From assembly GCA_020184695.1 (NCBI GenBank), contig JAANOX010000061.1:434001-498000 (forward strand): 64,000 bases of DNA. The letters run 5' to 3'. This document shows positions 22,076-34,132 of this stretch, one piece after another. The notes beneath the pieces were generated by a model, which saw only the letters and a list, made by a program, of their open reading frames with translations, was not told the origin of the DNA and searched no databases. Position 1 is the first letter of the stretch; every line of letters begins with the position of its first letter. A program made the translations under genes and the position numbers. This DNA comes from Histomonas meleagridis 2922-C6/04-290x (taxonomy: Eukaryota; Protista; Parabasalia).

Positions 22076-25000
22076 TAGTGCTGTTTTATATATTTGAAAT
22101 AATTACCGAATATAACTATTTAATATTATGGAAATAAAATAAATTTCATATAAAATCGAAAAATATCTTCAATATTTTTATCAATTCCTATTTCCTTAAG
22201 AAGTAATAATGTAACATCTGTATGATTTCTCTCGCAAGAATAAATTAATGCTGTTTTAAATTTTTATAATAAAAATCAAATATTATTTTTATACACAAAA
22301 TTACTGAAATAAGCGCATAATATGTGAAATTAATATTTTTAGCATCAACATCAATTCCTTCTTGTTCAAGAAGTAATTTAACGATTTCCATATGATTACA
22401 CCGAGATGCAAAAATAAGTGCTGTATTAAATTAATTAAATAATTTCCAAATATTATTTTGAAATACCAAATTATTATAATAAATATCATCTTTAGCATTA
22501 ATATTAATTCCTTCTTGTTCAAGTAGTAATTTAACAATTTTAATATTATCATTTTTAGATGCCAAAATAAGTGCTGTTTGAGATGATTTAAACAATTTCC
22601 ATATATTATTTTGAAGTATAAATTTATTATGATAAACATTGTTTTTAGTATTAACATCAATTCTTTTTTGTTCAAGTAGTAATTTTACTATTTCAATATG
22701 ACCTTTTTCAGATGCTAAAATAAGTGATGTGTTAAATAATATAAATAATTTCCAAATATTATTTTGAAATTTTAAATTATTATAATAAAGATTATTTTTA
22801 GCATTAAAATCAATTCTTTTTTGTTCAAGTAGTAATTTTACTATTTCAATATGACCTTTTTCAGATGCTAAAATAAGTGATGTGTTAAATAATATAAATA
22901 ATTTCCAAATATTATTTTGAAATTTTAAATTATTATAATAAAGATTATTTTTAGCATTAACATCAATTCCTTCTTGTTCAAGTAGTAATTTTACTATTTC
23001 AATATGACCTTTTTCAGATGCGAAAATAAGTGCTTCACAAAATATTTTGAATAACTCTCAAATATTAATTTTATATATTGTATTATACGCAGAAAAACAC
23101 TTAACATTTTCATCAATTATTTTTTGTTCAATGAGAAAATTAACCATTTCAATGTAGTCATATTTAGATGCAGATATAAGTGCTGTTTGAAATTTTTTAC
23201 ATAATTTCTAAATATTAGTTTGAAATAATAATTGATTGTAATTAATAATGCTTTTGAGGTAGGTATCAATTTCTTCTTGTTCAAGGAGTAATTTTACGAT
23301 ATCTATATATCTGTTTTTCATTAATGTAATAATTGATTCTTTAAATAATTTAAATTATTTCCAGATATCATTTATAAACAACATATTATCGAAATATATA
23401 TTATCTTTGATGTTAATATCGATTCCTTTTTGTGTAAGAAGTAATTTAGCAATTTCAATATATCCATTTTTCAATGCTAAAATAAGTGCCGTATCAAAAA
23501 ATTGAAATAAATTTTACATTTTATTTTAAAATATTGAATTATTATAATAAAGATTATTTCTAGCATTAACATCAATTCCTTCTTGTTTAAGAAGTAATTT
23601 TACTATTTTTAGATTACCATATCTAGATGCATAGATAAATGCTGTATTAAATAATCTAATTAAGTTCCAAATATTATTTTAGAATATCAAATTATCAAAA
23701 TATATATTATCTTTGATGTTAATATCGATTCCTTTTTGTGTAAGAAGTAATTTAACAATTTCAATATATCCATTTTTCATTGCAAAAATAAGTGCCGCAT
23801 CATAAAATCGAAATAATTTTTATATGTTGTTTTTAAATATTGAATTATTATAATAAAGATTATTTTTAGCATTAACATCAATTCCTTCTTGTTCAAGTAG
23901 TAATTTTACTATTTCAATATGACCTTTTTCAGATGCTAAAATAAGTGATGTGTTAAATAATATAAATAATTTCCAAATATTATTTTTATTATTTTTTTAG
24001 CATTAAAATCAATTCTTTTTGTTCAAGTAGTAATTTTTACTATTTCAATATGACCTTTTTCAGATGCTAAAATAAGTGATGTGTTAAATAATATAAATAA
24101 TTTCCAAATATTATTTTGAAATTTTAAATTATTATAATAAAGATTATTTTTAGCATTAACATCAATTCCTTCTTGTTCAAGTAGTAATTTTACTATTTCA
24201 ATATGACCTTTTTCAGATGCTAAAATAAGTGATGTGTTAAATAATATAAATAATTTCCAAATATTATTTTGAAATTTTAAATTATTATAATAAATATCAA
24301 ATAAAACAAATAAATATCTTTAGCATTAATATCAATTCCTTCTTGTTCAAGTAGTAATTTTACTATTTCAATATGACCTTTTTCAGATGCTAAAATAAGT
24401 GATGTGTTAAATAATATAAATAATTTCCAAATATTATTTTGAAATTTTAAATTATTATAATAAATATCAAATAAAACAAATAAATATCTTTAGCATTAAT
24501 ATCAATTCCTTCTTGTTCAAGTAGTAATTTTACTATTTCAATATGACCTTTTTCAGATGCTAAAATAAGTGATGTGTTAAATAATATAAATAATTTCCAA
24601 ATATTATTTTGAAATTTTAAATTATTATAATAAATATCAAATAAAACAAATAAATATCTTTAGCATTAATATCAATTCCTTCTTGTTCAAGTAGTAATTT
24701 TACCATTTCAATATGACCTTTTTCAGATGCTAAAATAAGTAATGTGTTAAATAATATAAATAATTTCCAAATATTATTTTGAAATTTGAAATTATTTTAA
24801 TAAAGATTATTTTTAGCATTAAAATCAATTCCTTCTTGTTCAAGAAGTAATTTAACGATTTTTATATATCCCTTTTGTGATGCTAAAATAAGTGTTGTAT
24901 TAAATTATTTAAATCATTCCCATATATCATATTTTAAACACGATATTTTTTTTATAAATGTTATCTTTAGCGTTAATATTAATTCCTTTTTGTTTAAGAA

Positions 25001-25190
25001 GTATATTAACTATTTCTGTATGACCATTTTCAATTGCTAAAATAAGTGCAGGATTAAATATTTTGAATAATTTTTAAATAGTATTTTTAAATATATTCAT
25101 TAATGTTGTTTCCGTTTTGTTTAAGAATACTTTGGACAACATCAATACAACCTTTCTTGCAAGCTGAATAAAATGTTTCTGTAAATATTT
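22000..25190 (-). repeat. Tandem array of about 21 ankyrin cores (87 nt, 29 codons) separated by non-coding-looking linkers, mostly 66 or 83 nt (periods 153 and 170 nt)
   Basis: Core consensus TSLILASEKGHIEIVKLLLEQEGIDVNAK. The anchor tagcatt occurs at 24661, 24491, 24321, 24151 (170-nt spacing) and 23998 (153 nt). The linker motif is TTTCAAAATAATATTTGGAAAT. Confidence 0.95.
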
Positions 25191-25211
25191 TATATTAAAA
25201 TGATGATAATG

Positions 25212-26414
25212 TTAAATAAACATTGAACAAAATAAACAAATACAATTGTTACTTCTTTGATATTCAAGAATTAAATTAATAAGATCCAAATTTCTAGATT
25301 TAGAAGCTAATTTTAAAAAATTAAATGGAATTGGATAATTTTCAAGATAGTAATTAACAAGAAAGAAATTACCAACTCGTGCAGATTTATTAATCATCTC
25401 TAAGTTGGTTTTCATTCCTTCACCATACAAAAAATCAAGAATTTCAAAATTATCATAATTTATACAAACTTCTCCTAATTTGTTTAAATCAAATTGGGTT
25501 AATGATGTTTCTTCAAAATTATTTTCATAAATATAACGAAAAACATCATTTCGGTGGAATTTAATTGCTATTTCGAAAGATTCTTTTAAAGATATATGAT
25601 TTTGTTCACACAAATGAATGATTTCAAGATTTCCACCTGCAACTGCAAATTTAAATGTATTGTCATTAATAGATTTATTTAATAGTAAATATTTAAAGCA
25701 TTTAATTGAACTAAAATATGCCGCATAATCAATTAATTTTACTCCTTTTGTATTAACTAATGAACATCTTTCATAAAGTGATGGCTCAATTGTTTGATTA
25801 AAATCAAAATTATTTTGTGATGACATTTCTTGAAGTTTTTCTATTTCATCGTTTCTAATTATCCTTGCAATTTCGCTTGGGTTATGTCCTTCTTTAACAT
25901 ATTTCTTATGAAGCTCATAATTATTATTTGAAAGTTCTTCATAATTTTTTAAAAAAATAGAAGAAAATGGATTATTATCAGTTTTATTTCGTGAATCAAA
26001 TTTATAATGAGAAAAATATATTGATTGAAGACTGTTTATGATGTTTAAACCAACTAATTTTTTCTCAATCATTTTATCAAGAAGATAATACGATTCTTGT
26101 GATTTTTCTTGCAGAAGGCTTTGCTTAAACATTTTAAAAAGCTTTAAATCAGTGTACTCTTTTTCTTTTTCTTTTTCTTGTATTGCCTGTAAATAAATAA
26201 AATATATTTCATATTCCTCTCTCATAGAAGCAAATGCATGTTTAATTAAGGAACATATAATATAATTGTATGAATAAACAAAATATTTTTCAAGTATGAT
26301 CATTGTATTTTGAACAGAAATATTAAGATTATCTTTGTTTAAATTAAATACAATTTGTTCGAGTTGTTGGAGTCTTTGTATTTTGGCAGGTTTTTCGGTA
26401 CTTTCCATATTCAT
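25212..26414 (-). CDS. DUF3447-type ankyrin-associated protein, N-terminal ORF; stops inside the first linker of the ankyrin array
   Basis: IARIIRNDEIEKLQE, LIDYAAYFSSIKCFKYLLLN, FAVAGGNLEIIHLCEQ and AIKFHRNDVFRYI are typical of trichomonad DUF3447/ankyrin proteins. Confidence 0.85.
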   Translation of the reverse strand: MNMESTEKPAKIQRLQQLEQIVFNLNKDNLNISVQNTMIILEKYFVYSYNYIICSLIKHAFASMREEYEIYFIYLQAIQEKEKEKEYTDLKLFKMFKQSLLQEKSQESYYLLDKMIEKKLVGLNIINSLQSIYFSHYKFDSRNKTDNNPFSSIFLKNYEELSNNNYELHKKYVKEGHNPSEIARIIRNDEIEKLQEMSSQNNFDFNQTIEPSLYERCSLVNTKGVKLIDYAAYFSSIKCFKYLLLNKSINDNTFKFAVAGGNLEIIHLCEQNHISLKESFEIAIKFHRNDVFRYIYENNFEETSLTQFDLNKLGEVCINYDNFEILDFLYGEGMKTNLEMINKSARVGNFFLVNYYLENYPIPFNFLKLASKSRNLDLINLILEYQRSNNCICLFCSMFI

Positions 26415-27464
26415 ATGAATTTGTTTGTCGCCCTTTAGGGGTTTGTTGTTATTTTTTTTTTTTTGATAAGTTTATGATTACACTTTTCCTTTGTAAATTC
26501 TAAGTTTTATACTAAAAGTGTTCTTTTCGAAAATCTACCAATAGAGTTCCTCAAACTGAGGAAATAAACATATCCTGGTGAATTTTTTGATTTTTATTAG
26601 ATCCCTATCAACACATGAATAAAAATCTGTATTCAAATTGGGAAAAAAATATCCGGATCAAAATCGAAATTTCAAAATCGATTTTTTCCAAATATATATT
26701 TTTGGTGACCAATCTTTATTATTTTTGATGTAAATTATATTTTATAAATGGTAATTCATTAAATTAAAAGCATAATTTTTTTTCATTCAATTTTTTGCAT
26801 TTTTTTCTCACTTTTTTTTAAAATCTTAGTAAAAAATTATATGAAGTGGCGGTGATCTTATTTTTTCTAGCTATAATAAAAATACATCATGAATATTAAT
26901 TTATATATATATATTTCGATAATTTTGATTATTTATTAGAATATTTATATTTTGAATATCAAAAAGTGCTCAAAAATCGGTTTTTTCAAATTTTTTTCTT
27001 ATGTGATGATTTTAAATAGAAATTTTTTTGATTAAAAATGTTTTATTTTGTTTCGCGAATGTATTGTTTGAAGGAAATTAAATTTCAATTTTCCGAATTA
27101 ATAATTTAGAAATGATGTCAAAAGTAAATAAATCATAAATTTTAAATGTGTAAAATAATCTATGATCGATTTGCTTTCTTTCCACATATATGGTTTTTTA
27201 TAATATACATTTTTGATGAAAAAAAATAATTTTTTAATTTTTTTGATTAAAAAAATGGGTGCTTTTTTATCATTTTTTTAATGATAAAAAAAATCGTGCA
27301 ATAGTTTTTTAATGGAACCCGACTAACTATGAAGTTTAGGATTTATTTATTTATAATCAGACCTATCTAAGGATTTGGACTGCTGAATTTTTTTTTATGT
27401 GCAATTCTTTTTGGGGTGTTTCCCAAAAAAATAAATTGAATACTTTACAAAACGTCGCCGGGAT

Positions 27465-27900
27465 TTGTACAAATTAAGTGAAAGCCAATTAAAATATCTA
27501 AATAAATTGGTAGATGTTCAAAAAATTGTTCACGAATTAAACGAAATAAATATGGATGAATCGGCTCTGAAAATATTGAATTCGTTTGATAAAAATTTCA
27601 TAAATTCAATAAATCTGATCATTAGTCAATTGATTTCAAGGTTAATTGATTTTACCATATGTTTAAATTTTAGATAATTTTCGCTTAATGATACTGGGAA
27701 ATATGCAATTGCAAATGGTGGAAATCTTGAAATTATTCATTTGTGTGAACATCATCATTCATCTTTATCGGAATAATTTGAAATTGTAATAGAATTTCAT
27801 CGAAATGATATTTTTGATTATATTTATGAAAATAAAATTTTTGGAGTCACTAATTTTAATATATTAAAGAAAATGTATTTCTTCTTATAATTATGAATTG
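27465..27900 (+). pseudogene. Degenerate, internally deleted DUF3447 paralog, head-to-head with the 26414 gene
   Basis: After the 70-aa ORF the sequence reads KYAIANGGNLEIIHLCEHHHSSLSE*FEIVIEFHRNDIFDYIYENK, matching 25212-26414 with stops. Confidence 0.75.
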
Positions 27901-28232
27901 TTATTATTTTTTATTAAAAATAAAGGAATGGAAGTTAATGGTGTTATGCATGAATCATTAGTAATTCGTTATTTATAGAATGAAATTTTGTTTATATTTA
28001 TCATAAATTAATTCGAATATGACATTTTAAAAATTTAAGTTCAATAATTTGTGGTTTAACAAAATGTTGTTTTAAAATATCAAAGAATAAAATCTTTTCT
28101 CCATTTCATCAAAACTACGAACTCTCTTCGTACTCAATTAATAACATTTAAATTTGCAAATTTATTACATATTAATATCCGAAACAATTTTTAAATATTT
28201 TCAATCAAAACAAAAATAATTATTTACACTTT

Positions 28233-30935
28233 TTATTTAATTTGTTTCATCAATAAATCCAAATTATTTTTCAAATTCGCACACAAATCCTCAGCTTTCG
28301 AGTTCATTATTGTATTCTGGTTACAAATCGAAACGTTTTCCAACACCAAATCGATATCTTTTTCTATTGCTTCTGCTGATCGATAGTATTCGTTTTCCAA
28401 TCTTTCAGCAAATAAGTTCAATGTCATTGGAAATTTGATTTCGTTTATGTTATTTAACAATGGTAACTTCCTCATAAAGTCGTAACGATAATCGGAAGAA
28501 AACTTTTGCATGACAGATAACATATTATTCATAACTCTTTTCATTTTCGCACTGATTATACTTTCGTAGTTAAATATTTGTCGATTATTAACACTATATA
28601 TTTGCCAAGGCGAAACATTTAACTTAAATTTACCGAAATCGATTGAAATCGATTCAAACGAATTATTATTTTTATTTGTAATTTCGCCTTTATATAATGT
28701 AATAATCGAATAATTATTGTCATTACTGATTGGTACAATAACTGTGTCACCAACATTAATACTATTAATTTGATTCATTGTGGTCGAAAACTTTGCTAAT
28801 AATACTAAATACGAAACTTTCTCAGGGATAAAATATAAAATTTGGACATTTTCAAGAAATGTAATAACAAAACCATTAACATTCGGATTAATATCTATCG
28901 ATACAATCTTCGTACGGATAAAATCAACTCCCGGATATGCATTAAAGTCTTTGAAGATTTTTTGATACGCGTTCTTAATAAATACAACTTCATCACCAAC
29001 TTGTGGTATATAAACATAATCAGTAGTGCCAATAATGGTTAAATAATCTTTGAAATAGCCACGTGGAATATCATTAGAGAATAAATATGAACAATAACTT
29101 TCTTCAGTGTCCGTTTCTAATTCACTTATCTCTTGAAAGTTCCATTCATCTTGATCAGATAAAATGGCTATGTTTTCATTATGTTCTTCTTCTTCATTAG
29201 AGGTGGCTTCAATGGATGTGTCATTACTTTCTAAATGTGGATTAACTGGACATTCAACTGATAAATGAATATGTAATGGGGGTGGTCCAATAATAGTCGA
29301 TTGTGACGTTGACGGTTGGCGATCGGCAGTATTCATTTTTTCAATCAAATTCAATTCCATTGATGTGTTCCGAATAAACGGTGTCTGCGCTAAGAGAATT
29401 GGCAAATGTAAATTACGGAGATCTATGGGTGGTGGCTGATTTGGAAGTCGTTCCCCACGCTTATTACAATAATAATGTTCAGTGGTATTAATAAATTCAG
29501 AGATATCATAGATTTCGGATATTTCATAATCAGGATCATTTTGTGATAATGGATCATCTTTCCGTAAACAATGAAATGAAGTAATGCACCCAGAGTTGTC
29601 TGACGCAAATATCCATTCCCCATTTGTCGACCATATTGCATCTAAAAACTCAGGCTCACCACCTATCTTATTTTGATTCAGAATGGTTAAGTTTTGGACA
29701 TCGGCTATCGCTACATCACCATTACAATTACCAAAAAAGAAAATTTGTGGATATACTGGATTTGCTGCTATACATGTACAACCTATAAATGCTGTTGCAT
29801 CGGTAATTTCTCCTACGGTGTTTCCTGAAATGGTATCACAAATATATGCACAGCCGTTTTTCACCAATACTAATAAATGTTCATCACAATCCAAGGCTGA
29901 AACCAAAATTTTGGAAAACTTACGCCCATGTTGTGTCCCATTCTTAAACTTATGGATAATGCTCCAATTTGTTTGATCAATTCCCCATACAGCAGCAATT
30001 CCTTCATCATTAGAAACTGAGATAACATGTGGTGACAACATTCCATTACAAGGAAAGAATTTATTAGTAAACATAACTAAATTAATTGGACTCATATGAA
30101 ATTCTAATAAATGTTGACTCATTGTTTTGAGTGAAATTACCATTAAAGTATTTGGCTCACTGGAATAAACTAGAAACTCACCACCAGGAGAAAATGCTAA
30201 CCATGTAATAGCTCCATTTCCATGTGAAAAAATTGTGCGGCACGGAGGTTTTGACAAAAGTGCGTCTGAGGTGACCCAAATTTGAATACGTTTATCTTCA
30301 CAACCGGCGGCGATGAGTGAACCCGATGGCGAAAAAACAGCGTAATGGACTGCATCGTTAGTAAAACCTCGAAGAACTGCTTGGCATTTACCTGTCTCAA
30401 GACTCCACAAGCGAATGGATTGATCATGTGAAGTAGATAATAATAATGTTGATAAAGGATTAAAACATACTTGGGAAATTACTCCTGTATGACCAGAAAA
30501 TCTAATGATAGGGATAAGGTCTGGAATGGTCCATAATTTGAGTGAAAAATCATCTGAGCCTGTGACAAGAATACGCCCAAGTGGATCAATTGCTAAACAA
30601 AAAATAGCAGCATCATGACAAAAAATATGCTTAACTGAGTTTAATATGCCAAATGGAATTGATGGTTTTTCAAAAGTAAATGGATTGATTCGCCGAAAAA
30701 TTGATGGAAAATCATCACTTGGTCGAAGTGATTGAACTAACTTGTAAAATTGATCGTTAGGAAAATTTTTGTAACGAATTTCTAGGGCTTCTTGGATAGA
30801 ATTACATCCTTCAGGTAAAATCCTATTTTGATTTAGAAGAGCTTCAAACTCTTTATATATATCTGGATATCTCTCTCGTAAATAATGTGCAAGAAGAACA
30901 GAAAGTTCTTTACGAATTTTATCGGTGTTCTCCAT
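28233..30935 (-). CDS. WD40 plus bromodomain protein, PHIP/BRWD family-like
   Basis: WD40 repeats (ILVTGSDDFSLKLW, LLSTSHDQSIRLWS), the motif YIPQVGDEVVF, and a C-terminal bromodomain-like FPMTLNLFAERLENEYYRSAEAIEKDI. Confidence 0.85.
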   Translation of the reverse strand: MENTDKIRKELSVLLAHYLRERYPDIYKEFEALLNQNRILPEGCNSIQEALEIRYKNFPNDQFYKLVQSLRPSDDFPSIFRRINPFTFEKPSIPFGILNSVKHIFCHDAAIFCLAIDPLGRILVTGSDDFSLKLWTIPDLIPIIRFSGHTGVISQVCFNPLSTLLLSTSHDQSIRLWSLETGKCQAVLRGFTNDAVHYAVFSPSGSLIAAGCEDKRIQIWVTSDALLSKPPCRTIFSHGNGAITWLAFSPGGEFLVYSSEPNTLMVISLKTMSQHLLEFHMSPINLVMFTNKFFPCNGMLSPHVISVSNDEGIAAVWGIDQTNWSIIHKFKNGTQHGRKFSKILVSALDCDEHLLVLVKNGCAYICDTISGNTVGEITDATAFIGCTCIAANPVYPQIFFFGNCNGDVAIADVQNLTILNQNKIGGEPEFLDAIWSTNGEWIFASDNSGCITSFHCLRKDDPLSQNDPDYEISEIYDISEFINTTEHYYCNKRGERLPNQPPPIDLRNLHLPILLAQTPFIRNTSMELNLIEKMNTADRQPSTSQSTIIGPPPLHIHLSVECPVNPHLESNDTSIEATSNEEEEHNENIAILSDQDEWNFQEISELETDTEESYCSYLFSNDIPRGYFKDYLTIIGTTDYVYIPQVGDEVVFIKNAYQKIFKDFNAYPGVDFIRTKIVSIDINPNVNGFVITFLENVQILYFIPEKVSYLVLLAKFSTTMNQINSINVGDTVIVPISNDNNYSIITLYKGEITNKNNNSFESISIDFGKFKLNVSPWQIYSVNNRQIFNYESIISAKMKRVMNNMLSVMQKFSSDYRYDFMRKLPLLNNINEIKFPMTLNLFAERLENEYYRSAEAIEKDIDLVLENVSICNQNTIMNSKAEDLCANLKNNLDLLMKQIK

Positions 30936-33394
30936 TTCTGTTCTTTCGCGAAGTGTTTATTTGAAGAATATGAATCCGTTTATACTTTTTCGTAAACACT
31001 TCAATTTAATCCACACAAACAATGTCATACACAAGCAATATTTCAAATCCAGCACTACAATCAGATAAACATATATTAATTTATATATTCTCAATAACAA
31101 AAAAAAGCTTTAAATCAAAAACGCAATTTTTACAAAGTTAATAATGATATTAGTGGAGATTGAACTATCATTTGCATGGTAAAGAGTAAATGTTATAAGT
31201 TAATCTTAACCCCAAAATTCACACGTACCTAAAATTGAGTGTGTCTAAAGTGGTGTATGAAATAGCTTTCTCTTGCATCACATTTGGTATATTTTATCAT
31301 TGAAAAATATATTGAAATCCAAATTATGTGTAAATACTTTGAGTTAAGTGTCTGTCAACTTTATTCTCATAAGATTCCAATGTTTTAAAGAAATTGATCA
31401 TTTTTCTTGGACTAATTTAACTAATTCTTAAAGTATAAAATTGCATATTTATTATGAATTATTATATCCATTGATCATTTTCTTTTTGATGAACAAATTC
31501 ATTAATGTTGTCATCAACATATTCTGTTCGATTTTGTTTATCTTTTGTCGATGAATTTGATTTTTTTGATGTTGAATTAGATTTTGATTTTGATCTTCGT
31601 TGTTTACTCTTAATAACAAACACAACAACTCCAATAGAACATGAATGAAATACAGAAATTCAGTCATCATCAACATTGAGTTATCGTTTTTTATTGATGT
31701 TAACATTATTACAAATACCAAACACAGAAAATTATGATGAGATGTTGAATAGCTTTTTATCAAATTGTTGGTGCAATAAAAGAACATTGATCAAAAACAC
31801 GTGAAGCGGCTAGTGGATATATATTAATATTACTGCAAGCGATTTCATAAAACGAGGCCATTCATTATCACCATTATTATTACATCTGTTGGTATAACTT
31901 TAACACAAGTAATTTTGAAAGTGCTACAATTAATGCTATTGAATGCATCATTTGTAAATTTGCAAAAAATATTAACCCTGAAGACCTCGGACAAATTTGT
32001 TTAAATTTGATTATTGAATCAAATCCAAATCAGAAGTATTTCGTAGTGCATTACAATTTTCGACAAAATTGATTTCTCGATTACCACAATTTGTTGGAAT
32101 TAACTCCAGTAAAAAGACAAATTGGGAAATCAAAGGCAAAGGTCATAAATTAATAAAGAAATGATAGCAATGTTTGGTATAGAGAAAGCGACTGAATGCT
32201 TTCTACCTAACAAAGAAAACCTTTACGTAATGCATGTAAAGAAGTTAATAAGAACGTACATCTTAAGACGTTGAAATAATAAAATAGATGAAACACAAAG
32301 TTTAGACGATAATCATATATATATAAAAGATAATCATTTTCTTGTGTATTTACCAATAAATATGTATTGGAATCGAATATTTATCTAAAGTTATTTCAAT
32401 TAAACCATTAATTAATCGTTTAAAATCATTTTGGAAATATTCATTTGATAAAATGGATCCAATTACATTAATAATCAAATAATAAAATGAAAATATTTGT
32501 ATACAAATTTATATAATTTGAATTATATAATATTCTTAAGAATAAATGAGAATTGAAGTTTCTGATACGTTTTGATATTATCTGAAAACACAATGACAAT
32601 ATCAAAATTATATCTTTGGGCACATGGAATTATGTTAAAATCAACAAAAAAATAAAGAAAACTTAAATCTTGAGATAATTAAGTTTTTGATAATCATCGT
32701 TTTGTTGAATAATTTTAGCATGTATACTTTACAATCTTAGAAATGTTGTTGAAAAACGCATTTCCAAACTCAATTTTAAACTCAATGTCCAAATATTCTG
32801 AAAGTGAGCTGAGATCGTCTACAGTGGTTATATAACATTTGACAAAAGTTTCTAATAACTTTTTATCTTTGGCAATAGAAGTAATAGTTTAATTAAACTT
32901 CGATATTTATCTCCAATTTCACAGTATTGAGTAGGTCATTCCATTAAGATGATAGCCTCTCTTGGTTTGAATTTAAGAAAAATGGAAGTTGTGAAGAGGT
33001 AATATCAAAAATTTTAGAAAAAAGTTAACTTTCAATATCGATATTGAACTTACTCTTTTGGTAAAGGTTGATTTCCATGTTTTGATTGAATCACTTTTAT
33101 TGTGTTTTTTTGCACCACCAATTTTTGCCTAATTGAATTCAATTAAAAATGATTAAAATAAATTTCATTCACAAATTACATTTCGATCATAACCAAAATA
33201 AATTAGACCAAAGTTCCAATATGAGAAAAGATGGTTGACTACATAAATTACTCTGAACGATTTTCTTTATATTTAAGATGTACATCGACAGATCTGTCAA
33301 AACATTTTGTTTACAAAAGATCTTTCTTAAAAATGAAAATTAAGATATTAGTGAAGGTGGGAATGTTTATAATAGGAAAACTTTCTTTTGTTAT

Positions 33395-34132
33395 TCATAT
33401 ATGAAAATTCCAATTATTTTCTTCATAATTAAGGAAGTCACCTCCCAAGTAAAACAAGGTTGAGCTATCAGCTTCCACGTCAGAGGAGTCAATGTCAAGT
33501 GCTCCATTTGTATTTTCATTGTTTTCAAAATGTGTAATGTTATTTTTGTTTTTCAAACCTACGATTGGTTCTTTTCGAGAGGCCTTCCTGTTAAGGCTGT
33601 TCCATCGATTATTAAGGAAATTTGGTGAACGATCAGTGAAAATCATATCTGATATTAAAGTCCATTTTTTGCCATGCTCTTCGACAGCTTTAATTAATTG
33701 TCGATCTTGTTCTTGGTTAAATGGTTCTTTATTTAATTTTGGATCAAGAATATTAACCCATCTCTCACGACATTGTTTTCCTGCACGTTTCAAAGGACCA
33801 TCTAACAGATTCCATTTTTTTGGTCCATATATATTTACATGGTTTATTACCATGTCATCTTCCTCTTTTGTCCATGATCCCTTATGAATGTCTTTTTTTA
33901 ACACTTTCCTCCACCTTTCGGAGATTTGCTTTGTACTTTTATTTGGTAAAAGCATATGAATGTATTCAGATTTCCAATCATTAAAGTCATCACTTTTATC
34001 ATTCATAAAATTTATAAGGATATTGTCTTCCTCTTGTGTCCATCGCCCTTCGTGATTCCGGGGAGAAGCATTAACATGCTTTCGTACTCTTGTGTTTATT
34101 TTTTGGGCGGAATCGTCGTTGTTCATCATCAT
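33395..34132 (-). CDS. Myb-like DNA-binding protein with three Myb repeats
   Basis: WTQEED...KQISERW, KGSWTKEED...GKQCRERW, KEPFNQEQD...NNRWN. Confidence 0.92.
   Translation of the reverse strand: MMMNNDDSAQKINTRVRKHVNASPRNHEGRWTQEEDNILINFMNDKSDDFNDWKSEYIHMLLPNKSTKQISERWRKVLKKDIHKGSWTKEEDDMVINHVNIYGPKKWNLLDGPLKRAGKQCRERWVNILDPKLNKEPFNQEQDRQLIKAVEEHGKKWTLISDMIFTDRSPNFLNNRWNSLNRKASRKEPIVGLKNKNNITHFENNENTNGALDIDSSDVEADSSTLFYLGGDFLNYEENNWNFHI

Noticed and set aside
22400-22960. T4 gene 60-style ribosomal hop over the 51-nt gap
   Set aside because: In the units checked there were no matching take-off and landing codons 17 codons apart, and no stop directly after a constant take-off codon. It is not fully excluded but is unsupported.
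22000-25190. Repeat-spacer appearance suggesting a CRISPR array
   Set aside because: The 87-nt repeats are ankyrin-coding, the spacers are homologous to each other, the genome is eukaryotic, and no cas genes are present.
22000-25190. Linkers as U12-type AT-AC introns or as canonical introns ending at ...ACAG|CACTT
   Set aside because: The AT..AC and GT..AG pairs I tried give a frameshift or delete the ankyrin hairpin. ACAG is absent in many units (ACATCA, ACGGCA, GAAGCA), and there is no ATATCC 5' site.
31130-33050. Protein-like fragments (HEAT-like SATINAIECIICKF..., SNARE-like KIEQNVDD...) on both strands
   Set aside because: They are heavily broken by stops and frameshifts, and I cannot assign a family or boundaries. 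They are probably old pseudogene debris.
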